From a virus (Duplodnaviria; Caudoviricetes): a stretch of DNA of 64,000 nucleotides. Within the stretch, counting starts at the first letter, position 1. Every line of letters begins with the position of its first letter. A program made the position numbers and the translations under genes. The notes under the pieces were generated by a model that ran no database searches, was not told where the DNA came from, and saw only the letters and a program-made list of their open reading frames with translations. The DNA is taken from IMG/VR virus record IMGVR_UViG_3300007770_000001; one strand, given 5' to 3'. This document shows positions 47,401 to 55,996 of this stretch, in pieces.

Positions 47401-50400
47401 AGGATCCTGGAAGGCCAGACCACTGATACCTTCGACCCCACGATCCTCGCAGACGCCCAGAGGGTCCCGTTCAACCACTTCCTGAACGAGCCGTTCAGGA
47501 TTCGACTCCTGTCCCCCACGGGAACGGTCGGGGGGTCTCTATCCGCCGTCGTATCGGATGCCTTGGGGAGCAACCGGCCTGTGGCTCTGCGGTTCGGTCT
47601 TGCGTCAAGTAGTCCTTCGGCTACGGTCTCTTTCCTCGAGACGGGGTCGGACCTGGGGACATTGGCAGAGACCGGGTTGTCCGTCCCCGACGTAACCGAT
47701 CCCCATTTCCTCAACTCCACAGCGCCGGCGACCGCGTATTTCAGGATCCGAGTGGGGTCTCAGGAGTTCACAGCCGGGACCAACATGACGCTGGTTTCGT
47801 CGTTCTCCACGACGATCGCGACGGGGGAGATCGAAGTAGGGGAGCCCGGCGGCGGGGTCGCGGGAGAGATCCGATTCGCTTCTGATGTGCTCACGAACTT
47901 CGCGGGGGAAACGGTCTACTACGATCAGCTGTTCCTGGATGGGAGCCTCTTGGCCTCTGGGTTCTGTGAGATCGATCCCACTGATGGGAGCATTCGCCTC
48001 TCTGACGCTGATACTACAGCCCATACAGGGGAGACAGCCTACTTCCTCGAGGAGCTGATCACTGAGCGAGGATTGGATGTGGTGATGTCTCCCCTCTCCG
48101 GAGACATCTATATCACCAAGCCCCTGCGGGACGGACAGATAGTAGAGGCCGCATACTACCAAGCGGACACGGACGGAGACCCCCTCACCGGAACGTTGAT
48201 CACTGAGTTCCTTCCTCTGATCGTACAGCTGGAGGAGGCCACTCGCGTAGACGACTTCACCTACACGTTCAACCCAACCGGGAGAACTGTATCGGAGGAG
48301 ATCGAGGCGGCAATCTGGGTAGGTGTGGAGCTCCAGAACTTCGCTGGTCTCGTACAGGTCACTGTGAGTGGGAGTACTCTCACATTCGCCGAGGCTGTTG
48401 ACCCCTCCGAGACAGTCAAGATCACCTATGGGGTCCTGGAAGCCTTCGGTGGGGAACAAGCCTACCAGGTGTCCACCCCTCCTGTGTACAGGAAACCGTT
48501 CTTCCTGGAAGAGGGCCAGGACACAGCAACCGTGGGAGGGAATCGCACTCCGGACGTGCAGGTCGGCGCCCTGATGGTCCTGGACCAGACCCTTTTCTAC
48601 GTGAAGTCGGTCTCGTACGACGCCGGGGAAGACGAAACCACGTTCACTGTGTGGCCTCCGCCCAGCACCGAGGTTGGAAGCAGGGCTCCGGCTCGGGACT
48701 CCGAGTTCTCGTTCTCTTCCCAGAGGATCGCCATCACCGTAGACCCCTCCGACCCCGTAGCAGGGGGTGGACAAGAGGGATTCCTCCCAGTTGTCTCCGG
48801 GGTTCCTCTGGTAGAAGCGGACAGAGGGCAGCTGCAAGTTGTGTTCCTCGGGGACCTGACCCAGTACGCCCGTGTAGGTCATCTCCTGGAAATCGCTGGA
48901 TATCCCTACCTGGTTGCAGGCTCTGCTCTGTCCGATGATGGGAGATTCACCCGAGTAGACCTCTCCAACCCCATAGCCACGGGACATACATCCACAGACA
49001 CCATTCGTCTCTCGGTCCGGCCCGTCTTTGGTCCTCTCCCAAGGACGTTCCCAGGGATTTCAGGATTCGTAGATACAGAGGAGTTCTCCCTGTTCCTGGT
49101 CGGCCGGACAGAGGCTGGGGTTGAACTCCCTGGGAAAGAGCTCACGGAGGGCGTCCACTACGAGGCGGATCCTTCCTCTGGCGCCGTGGAGTTCGTCCTC
49201 CCCACACAGGGAGCTCTCCAGCCCGGGGAATCCCTGGTCGCCACCTACACGGCAGTGTCCGAGGTGGGTCCTCTGGTAGACGAGGCGGCCATCCTTGCTC
49301 CGGCCTTCAAGGCCCAGTACCTCTTCATCACAACTCCGTCTCTCCAGAATCGGATCCTTGGAGCAACCCTCACTGCCCAGTACACGTTCTCGAATCCGGA
49401 CAGCTTCTTCTACGAGGTCCTTCCAATGGAGGATTTCCTGGGAGAGGTCTCAGGGAAGGCTTTGGGGGCTGTGGCCTCGGACAGCGGAGGCCCCACCGAC
49501 GCGTTCGCCGGTCTCCCGGACAACTCTGAACAGGGGCTCCTTGGGCTCCGTGGGGATGTGCGAGACAAGAAGGACCTGGACCGTGCCGCCCGTGCCTTCA
49601 TCGAGCTCTACAACGGGGTGGTCCTGGCCTTCGAGCAGGTCTTGGAGTCTTTCGATGGGCGTGTGATCGGGGACCGGGATGGGAAGTTCCGGTTCTTCAT
49701 CGGACATGACAAGAGGTACGCAGGGCCCGGCTACGAGGACGAAATCTCGGGAGACCTGACGGTTCGTCTCATCTGGAGGGAAGTCCTGGACGAGTGGTCC
49801 GGTGGTGTCGGATTCTACGAGGAAGTGGACCCGGTCTACGACCCAACTACAGCAACCGAGAAGGACCCTGTAGGGCGTCCTGGTGAGACGGACGGGGATA
49901 CCCCGGACCCCGAGACTCTGGCCTCTTTCACGGTCCGTCAGAGAGGTCGTGTCAAGAACGATATGGACGACCGGCTCCTCATTGGAATGGGCCGTCCTCG
50001 AGGGCTCGCGCTCATCTTCCCAGGACTCAACGTCCCTGGGCTGTTCCGAGATATGTGGGAGCCTCATGTCTATTCGAGGCTCTTCCCCGAGAGAGCCCGG
50101 CACTTCTCGCGGCTCCTTCCCGGGATCGATGCTGTCCCGAGCGCCTCTGGTTTCACTGATCCCGGATACTACACGTCCGGCCGGAAGGTTGAGACCCCCG
50201 GTCCGGAGCCTGGAGAGACAACCAAGTCCGTTGTCCGAACTCGAGGCACTGCCATTGGGAACATCTCCAATGAAGCTCTTGGGAACATCACGGGGATCAT
50301 CGAGGTCCTCGCCACCGATAGACACCCTCGGGCTCGGATCTGGAGGTTCTTCCCAGAGGGAGATGCGGAGATGGATTCCGCTCTCACATCAGCTACAGGG

Positions 50401-53400
50401 ATAACAGTCTCCACCGTCGGGAAGGCAACCCTGGTAGCAACGCCGCTGCTTCTCTCTGAGTTCCCTGTAGATCCAGACACGGGATGGCCTGACGCAACCC
50501 AGCTCATGTTCAACCCGCTCCCGGCAGGGGCTTCCCTGTTCTCCCTGTTCACAGGGGATATCGATCTCTCCACCCCGGGATTCGAGACCGGCCAACGGCT
50601 ACGATTCGGGAAGCCCGACGGGTCGGTGTTTGAGCTCAGCGATCCAAACGGCAACGGGATCTTCGTCGGGGAAGTCCAGGTAGGCTGTATCCTGACCCTC
50701 GTTGGTGTGGACGGCTCCGACCTCTCCGGATCGGAAGTCCTGGTGGACGGCACAGACCCTCTCGAGGATGTGGTCTCCGAGAACACCGGGCGCGGGGATA
50801 CTATCTTCGGCGGGGAGGACCTCCTGGATATCGAGGATATCCCAGAGGACGAAGACGAGATCACGCCAAAGCAGATGCGGGAGCTCTCCCGCATGATTCC
50901 GGACTACCGAGTCCAGTTCGATCTCAAGGTGGCTCGGGGCTCAGGGGAGTTCATCGACGCTTCCCTCCCGGGTCGGGAGGACATCTTCCCACTCCCGCTC
51001 CAGGACATGCTTGGGCAGAAGCCCCCTCAGCCCCTCAGCTGCATCGAAGGTTTGGTAGAGTTCAACAACACTGATCGAAGGCCCGTCAAGCTCCCCTGCC
51101 TCAAGGGGGAGTCCGCTGACGACTCAGGGGATATCCAGATCCCCTACCTCCAGGGAACCGAGACAGAGCTCGCTATCCTCGGGGACGTAGCGGCCAAGTT
51201 CCGAATCCTCCTCGGTGCGGACACGTCCGTGGCAATGCCCTATGGAGACCAGACTTGGAAGGCTGTATATCCGGATGAGATCGTAGCTGTCGATGGCGTT
51301 CTGGTAGAGACCTACACACTGGGTCCCGACCGAGATCCCGCAACTCTCTATACAGGTCAGGACCTGACCCCTGTCGCCACAGCAGGCTCCTACACAGACG
51401 GAACGGCAATCGGTGACGGCCGAGCCTACGACCTCATCCTGGTGGAGGCGGATCAGCCCCAGGAAGCTGCCGGAGAGCTCCTGACGGGAATGACAGGGAT
51501 CCTCTCCGTTGGCGCCGTATCCTCCGGGAAGGTGGAGACCCCACGGTTCGTGACCCCGACTACCAAGACGGACACCCACAAGTACACAGTGGAGAATGCG
51601 TTTGGATACCTGGGGGGCGCGTTCCCTGCGACCTCTGGCCTCACCCCCTCCGAGACGAACCCTGGGAACTGGATCACCCTCCTCGACTGCTCATCGGTGG
51701 GTGGGCTGGTGTTCGACTCCAATGGAGGAGGTCTCGCAGGAGGGTTGCTTGCCCTGGTCGCAGGCGGAAACGCCATTGTCATCCGCCTCTACAACCCAGA
51801 CCCTGCGACTGCCTCCGGACAGTCCCTCATAGGTGAGGTTGTCATCCCGACCCTGGCAGCTGCAGGCTCCATCTACGTGAACGACCCCTTCGCGACCGTG
51901 ACTACTCTCACGTTGGCAGGGACAGGGGTCTCGTTGACAGCTGCGGGGATCATCTCGGTAGAGACCTCTGCCTCATTGCTCTCTGCGCTCTCGGGAGTCA
52001 CCGGTGGCAACTATCATGACTTCACCGTCACGATCGACACCTACATCACCAACACAACCCGTGTCTCTTCCGGGAACAACATCCCGGTGGGTTCGGCAGG
52101 GGGGTCAACCACCTGCGAGATCAAGGCGAATCGCCTCACGTTCGGTGAGCAGGTCTCCTTCGCGACAACCCTCCCTCGGAACTCCAATCCTGCCAACGGA
52201 GACGCTACGGAACTTGGAGTTTCTCTGGAGGCACATGAGTCTCCGATCGGTGCAGGGACAGCTACTGCGGTCAACGCCTCCGCAGAGGTGAACGGAGGGT
52301 CCGCTCTCACGTTCCTGGAGCGGGTTGGGCCCGACGAGGACAGCACTGTTCTCTCAGGGGTTCCCTACGTGGGAACCTTTATCCCAGGAGCAGCGGGATC
52401 CGAGGAAGGGAAGCTCCGAGCCATGGCCTGGGAGGGCCATGGGAACACGACCTCTCCGTTCACCACCGGAAGCGTGGAGGGGGTGATATTCTCGGTGATC
52501 CCCTCTTCAGACCTGGATGAGGACTCCGTGATCCTGGAAGGGGATGGAACCCTCTGGGATGCCGCCGACGGAGCTCTGACAGTGGATGGACTTCGTCATT
52601 GGATCAGCGCTGTCTCGGCGACCTCTGGGGGTCTCTCCGAGGTGGTTCCAGGAGATATCCTCCTGATCGATCAGACTACAGGGGGCGGCGGGGCGGTCGC
52701 GACAGGAACATACCTGGTCCGGCACGCCGTGGACACCAACACAGGAAATCTCTGGGAGCAGGAGATCTATTCGGACGCGGGACAAAAGAACGGATTGGAC
52801 CTCCGCTTCCCTTCGGTGAAGTCAGCCATCAGCTTGACTCTCGTGGCTGAGGAGGTCCCCGAAGTTCCACATTCCCCCGAGGATTGCGGATTCCCAACCG
52901 GCGACGGCGCCACGACGTTCGTGTACCTGATCAGGAACTCCCGATACGCCATCTACGATGCGGGATCCTACACCCTTCAGTCCGATTCCGTGTACCGGAT
53001 GGCCTACTCCGCTGTCTCCTACGACAGCGCCACGGGGGAGGCCACATTCACTCTGTCTACGGGAACAGCGACCGACGCCAACGGGGGGGCTCTCACCGAC
53101 GCAGAGTTCCGGGACGCGGCGAACGAGTCTGGAGTCCAGGTGTCCGGGATGATCTACTTCCCATTCACCCCGCGAGCCTCGCATGGACTTCCCTCGAACA
53201 ACGTGGTGGGGAGCTCCGAAGATGGCTCCGGGAACGATGCTACAGCGGGGTTCACCTTGGCTGTGATGGGAAACCGAAACCCCAGCGTCCACGGAACAAC
53301 AACCGTCACCACCATGGCTTGGGACAAGACGAGCACTGCTTCCGATATCCAGTACCTGTTGGGAGACACGAGCACTCCTTCCTCCAGCTCCTTGGGTGTC

Positions 53401-55341
53401 AGAGTCCCGACTCCTGTCAGCGAGGCGGTCTTCTTCGAGGACCGCGCCTCAGTGAGATATGCGCGGAGCTACGCAGGAGTCTCGATTGCTGAGAAGATCG
53501 AAGGCGTCCCAACCCACGTCTCCCTGGAGGGGATGCAGGCAGCTGACTGGACAGCCGTACATTTTGACACTGGGGCGGGGCTCCCCGGTCAAGTCCTCGA
53601 GTGCCTCCTTCCTCGGGACCGGTTCATTCTCGGCAGCACTCTCGAGGAAGGAGGCACTCCTGGATTCACTGCTCTTGGGGGCGTGTTCCTTGAGCCGACT
53701 TTCGCCCGGCCCTCCACTGATTTGAATCTCGCTCGGCCCCATGTAGTATCTGACTCCCATAGCTTGGCGGGGTTCCCTGCTCAAGTTGGACATCGCAACT
53801 ACTCAGACTTCGTCCCAGGGACCTATTCGGAGGCCGTTCACTTCAAGGTCCGGAGAATCCGCCGCTTCCATGAGATTCAGACGGAGATCTCTGATGCGCT
53901 GAGTCTCCTCAAGTATCTGTACGAGATCAGGCGGGGGACCTTCGGCTCCTACGTGGCTGCGACCCGAACCTTCTCCGCGGGAACGAGTCCTGCAACCACG
54001 ATTGGGGACTTCAACGAGGGACGCGTCAACATCAACGCGGGAGACGTCCTCCGTATCCTGGATGTGAACGGAGCCTTGATAGACTCTGCCGAGATCCAAG
54101 GAGTGTCGGGGGCTGGGGACCTCATCCTCCGGCGGCCTGGTCTAACCGCCAGTCTGGTGTCGGCGGCCACTTTCGAGATCTACCTGGAACAGCCGATCGT
54201 TCCCCAGGAGCAGTCCAACGCCCAGCTCCTGGATTGCGTCACGGACTCTGAAGTACTTCGACGTGTGGTCGACTATCCGGGAGGAGATACCGACGGAGGA
54301 TCCGCATCTACGTGGAACACGATGCAGGACAACCTGGTATCCTCCTGGACCTCTGAAGGGGTGGTAGAGGGCGACTACGTGCTTGTACAGCCGGCTGGGG
54401 AGCTCTACGACCCGTCCGAGAAGGGTGTCCGCCCCGTAGGGGATACCGGAACTGTGGGGCGCTCAGCCTACGTCTCCGGAGCCGCAGCAGCCCTTGATGA
54501 TAACCGAGGAGCCTACAAGATCACCGGAATCAGTGGCGGCGACCTCGAGGTTGATGGAACCTCCCGGTTTGGAGGAAGCGATGAGGGCGGGGGGGATGAC
54601 GTCATCCTTGGAGGCACGGGTGCTGAATACGTGGCTCTGCCCACCATCCACGTCAGCACCCTGGGATCCGGGAGGGAGGGGCAGAACACTCTCCGCCCGA
54701 CAGCGCCTGCCGTGGGGGGTCTCTTCGGGAACCGAACCGGGAACGACGCGGTCTCCAGCATCCAGCCGTTCCCGTACCGAATCATCCGACCCAACTCCAT
54801 CTTCTCCCAGGATGCGTTGGACCTGGTGTTCTTCCTGTGGGAGAGGACCCTATCCTGGTTGGATGAAATCAAGGGGATCTACGAGGAAGGGCGTGGGGGG
54901 GACTACCATGTCTTCCAGGCGGAGGACCACATCAACAACATCGGGTCACCAACTGACCCCACAGACGGAGCCGGGGTGGTGTCGAATCTGGTGGTGGAAT
55001 CCCTGGAAGGTCTGGTAGACGAGACACCCTACACCAATACGTCCGACTGCCTCTCTATCCTGGGCCGGCGCTTCTGGCTCTTGGACGGCCGCTTGGATGA
55101 GGGGGGTTGGACAGACTTCGCGGATGATGGATTCGGACAGCGGCCTGTGATCCCTGACCTCATCGAAGACGTCCTCAACCTCGATGACCGGTTCCGGGAC
55201 CTCCGCTACGCATGGATCCGTTTCCGGGCCGATCGAGTAGACGGATCAATCATGGAAGCGCGACGTGCCGAGGACGAACTTCCGGACAAGCTCCAACGCC
55301 AGAGAGAGCTCGTAGCCCTCAAGAAGGGTCTGGACTCGTAG
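44446..55341 (+). CDS. giant virion structural protein (3631 aa), putative baseplate wedge/fibre
   Basis: Uninterrupted 10.9-kb ORF, acidic and Gly/Thr/Ser-rich, in the baseplate cluster. Confidence 0.85.
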   Translation: MGFNLSGYVLRPARVATGNASSTGEATSGVSRDHLSPAEMLAAGYEIPAPRDVEPYADMYRAAVLLRGGGTDEYLVWAATSGSLSTVDSDAFRISGDPTYVQPAEGSLTVGTYTDGTATFYVRDENGRDLSSVTGMTLLRGDTLGQVVAAFDPGQDPLIGKVVIDAATLSSMGGGFSVGRGDQILLVSYRLSGPTFWWSRNDSQATRFGWDGSKGRWVPFQGTTPQDLGEVGSKDSYELSPPPSRFSVGDTLPGASGSPDSFSLVRGGLFPDSTAIPLDILVVADPDTEGDYPAVGSGYDAVVGVTNGVLLLNTTYTTANVGLTLWYNPESFRPGDDGDLGELAGLPTDSTLGYPVLSPVPGPTERPFIRLGSRRYLAPVAYDTDADLPGDPSSVPEGEVWWSRATGKVVFSETDIKKTQPGETEYDIAYLGAHAFYDGVSLSTQPVPLQSPVPLVDENGNELVGEDTGGSGVPGSGDLFIQRSASMPPPGASGVLYVPDRTGESPDSSTAANARPNGSGLVRQLEGVGDTFIFAGSRALETLEVVEYEEDIPTLKIRVKKTEAVTSLEPAPSQPPGFAATSRVQMKRRGIKGEGLYFAQAQVTPATYSDEARLYSRNSEPYTLVGTEELRFAVDGTPYTWTASGSGEFTAAQIATELNTVITGTGQAGVIRGRVFIEAGTPSSGRVEIGWNTDADDLSGHTVLGFLPGWRVDASGDTFRWQPDNGSSLGLYRSPENLSRENLTADIRATGSYTGKVFTDNVQASPFVHVNNPPLVDIPGFDEDVHFQMSLGLNLVRLSNYGLRQRVGLKYDLENNRVIWAEFGETPATTVLSPTDTLQLDHTGVIEETVDSEAMDPTRAGFGLYLKRPGLISYSELGQGSEFLLPGEGAPGQAVLISPEGGSVYSGGGGTFSSGVFSNPVLSPESTQNAILQGNLLSAVSVGDRLHVINGSGAGLYTVTGANLVGGIAEFTVSPTPADETGLSWRILEGQTTDTFDPTILADAQRVPFNHFLNEPFRIRLLSPTGTVGGSLSAVVSDALGSNRPVALRFGLASSSPSATVSFLETGSDLGTLAETGLSVPDVTDPHFLNSTAPATAYFRIRVGSQEFTAGTNMTLVSSFSTTIATGEIEVGEPGGGVAGEIRFASDVLTNFAGETVYYDQLFLDGSLLASGFCEIDPTDGSIRLSDADTTAHTGETAYFLEELITERGLDVVMSPLSGDIYITKPLRDGQIVEAAYYQADTDGDPLTGTLITEFLPLIVQLEEATRVDDFTYTFNPTGRTVSEEIEAAIWVGVELQNFAGLVQVTVSGSTLTFAEAVDPSETVKITYGVLEAFGGEQAYQVSTPPVYRKPFFLEEGQDTATVGGNRTPDVQVGALMVLDQTLFYVKSVSYDAGEDETTFTVWPPPSTEVGSRAPARDSEFSFSSQRIAITVDPSDPVAGGGQEGFLPVVSGVPLVEADRGQLQVVFLGDLTQYARVGHLLEIAGYPYLVAGSALSDDGRFTRVDLSNPIATGHTSTDTIRLSVRPVFGPLPRTFPGISGFVDTEEFSLFLVGRTEAGVELPGKELTEGVHYEADPSSGAVEFVLPTQGALQPGESLVATYTAVSEVGPLVDEAAILAPAFKAQYLFITTPSLQNRILGATLTAQYTFSNPDSFFYEVLPMEDFLGEVSGKALGAVASDSGGPTDAFAGLPDNSEQGLLGLRGDVRDKKDLDRAARAFIELYNGVVLAFEQVLESFDGRVIGDRDGKFRFFIGHDKRYAGPGYEDEISGDLTVRLIWREVLDEWSGGVGFYEEVDPVYDPTTATEKDPVGRPGETDGDTPDPETLASFTVRQRGRVKNDMDDRLLIGMGRPRGLALIFPGLNVPGLFRDMWEPHVYSRLFPERARHFSRLLPGIDAVPSASGFTDPGYYTSGRKVETPGPEPGETTKSVVRTRGTAIGNISNEALGNITGIIEVLATDRHPRARIWRFFPEGDAEMDSALTSATGITVSTVGKATLVATPLLLSEFPVDPDTGWPDATQLMFNPLPAGASLFSLFTGDIDLSTPGFETGQRLRFGKPDGSVFELSDPNGNGIFVGEVQVGCILTLVGVDGSDLSGSEVLVDGTDPLEDVVSENTGRGDTIFGGEDLLDIEDIPEDEDEITPKQMRELSRMIPDYRVQFDLKVARGSGEFIDASLPGREDIFPLPLQDMLGQKPPQPLSCIEGLVEFNNTDRRPVKLPCLKGESADDSGDIQIPYLQGTETELAILGDVAAKFRILLGADTSVAMPYGDQTWKAVYPDEIVAVDGVLVETYTLGPDRDPATLYTGQDLTPVATAGSYTDGTAIGDGRAYDLILVEADQPQEAAGELLTGMTGILSVGAVSSGKVETPRFVTPTTKTDTHKYTVENAFGYLGGAFPATSGLTPSETNPGNWITLLDCSSVGGLVFDSNGGGLAGGLLALVAGGNAIVIRLYNPDPATASGQSLIGEVVIPTLAAAGSIYVNDPFATVTTLTLAGTGVSLTAAGIISVETSASLLSALSGVTGGNYHDFTVTIDTYITNTTRVSSGNNIPVGSAGGSTTCEIKANRLTFGEQVSFATTLPRNSNPANGDATELGVSLEAHESPIGAGTATAVNASAEVNGGSALTFLERVGPDEDSTVLSGVPYVGTFIPGAAGSEEGKLRAMAWEGHGNTTSPFTTGSVEGVIFSVIPSSDLDEDSVILEGDGTLWDAADGALTVDGLRHWISAVSATSGGLSEVVPGDILLIDQTTGGGGAVATGTYLVRHAVDTNTGNLWEQEIYSDAGQKNGLDLRFPSVKSAISLTLVAEEVPEVPHSPEDCGFPTGDGATTFVYLIRNSRYAIYDAGSYTLQSDSVYRMAYSAVSYDSATGEATFTLSTGTATDANGGALTDAEFRDAANESGVQVSGMIYFPFTPRASHGLPSNNVVGSSEDGSGNDATAGFTLAVMGNRNPSVHGTTTVTTMAWDKTSTASDIQYLLGDTSTPSSSSLGVRVPTPVSEAVFFEDRASVRYARSYAGVSIAEKIEGVPTHVSLEGMQAADWTAVHFDTGAGLPGQVLECLLPRDRFILGSTLEEGGTPGFTALGGVFLEPTFARPSTDLNLARPHVVSDSHSLAGFPAQVGHRNYSDFVPGTYSEAVHFKVRRIRRFHEIQTEISDALSLLKYLYEIRRGTFGSYVAATRTFSAGTSPATTIGDFNEGRVNINAGDVLRILDVNGALIDSAEIQGVSGAGDLILRRPGLTASLVSAATFEIYLEQPIVPQEQSNAQLLDCVTDSEVLRRVVDYPGGDTDGGSASTWNTMQDNLVSSWTSEGVVEGDYVLVQPAGELYDPSEKGVRPVGDTGTVGRSAYVSGAAAALDDNRGAYKITGISGGDLEVDGTSRFGGSDEGGGDDVILGGTGAEYVALPTIHVSTLGSGREGQNTLRPTAPAVGGLFGNRTGNDAVSSIQPFPYRIIRPNSIFSQDALDLVFFLWERTLSWLDEIKGIYEEGRGGDYHVFQAEDHINNIGSPTDPTDGAGVVSNLVVESLEGLVDETPYTNTSDCLSILGRRFWLLDGRLDEGGWTDFADDGFGQRPVIPDLIEDVLNLDDRFRDLRYAWIRFRADRVDGSIMEARRAEDELPDKLQRQRELVALKKGLDS

Positions 55342-55726
55342 AGACGGGGAACCCGACGGGCTCTCCGGTCTCCAGATCTACGAAAGGAGAGGCCAGGATC
55401 TTCTCCTCGTTCTCGATATAGTTGAAGGTGATCTCACCTCCAGGGTTGATCTGAACGAGAGCCACCAGACACCCCCCTTCTACCTTGCAGGTGGGGTTCA
55501 CAGAGTGATTCGTGTATCTCCCAAACTCGTCATCTATGTGGACATCCGGAGCAGTGCGAATGGACTCTCTGGTAGGATGGAGGTACACATCCCCATCCAG
55601 GAGGCGAACCACCTCCCCGGGAGAGAAGGACACCTTGGCAACCAGGCATAGGTGTCCCCGACGGGACACGACTCTGAAGAGACTGTTCTCGGGCAGCACG
55701 TTCCCTCCGGGTGTTCGGGAGTACAC
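55319..55726 (-). CDS. SET-domain protein (putative lysine methyltransferase)
   Basis: GRYTNHSVNPT, ALVQINPGGEITFNY; probable start GTG 55699 with GGAGG upstream. Confidence 0.8.
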   Translation of the reverse strand: MYSRTPGGNVLPENSLFRVVSRRGHLCLVAKVSFSPGEVVRLLDGDVYLHPTRESIRTAPDVHIDDEFGRYTNHSVNPTCKVEGGCLVALVQINPGGEITFNYIENEEKILASPFVDLETGEPVGFPVSTSPDPS

Positions 55727-55759
55727 TGACTATATCCCCAACACCCTACGGGAGAACAC

Positions 55760-55996
55760 ATGACTCCAGAGGAAGCCCGGAGAAGGCTCCGAGAGGCGGG
55801 GATCCCCGAGGGGTGGTCTCCCAGCACCGATGGGTTGGTTGAGGGTCTCCTCTTGGGGAGACAACGAGCTCTCCTTACCTCCCTGGAAGGGTTGGTTGAG
55901 AAGCAGATCGAGCAGGACCAGAAGCAGGTGTCAGAGCTACACTCAGCCCTACAGAAGCTGAAGGCAGGCGGGGGAAAGGCGGCCAAGAATGGCTGA
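55760..55996 (+). CDS. hypothetical coiled-coil protein
   Basis: GGGAG SD. Confidence 0.6.
   Translation: MTPEEARRRLREAGIPEGWSPSTDGLVEGLLLGRQRALLTSLEGLVEKQIEQDQKQVSELHSALQKLKAGGGKAAKNG

Noticed and set aside
47687-47696. GACGTAAC inside the giant gene
   Set aside because: Intragenic, with no upstream GTTTC element and no downstream start.
47605-48987. 460-aa minus-strand ORF inside the giant gene
   Set aside because: Typical shadow frame in GC-rich DNA.
29783-55341. Standalone extracellular contractile injection system
   Set aside because: Embedded among ligase, sigma, nuclease and terminase-like genes typical of a phage genome.
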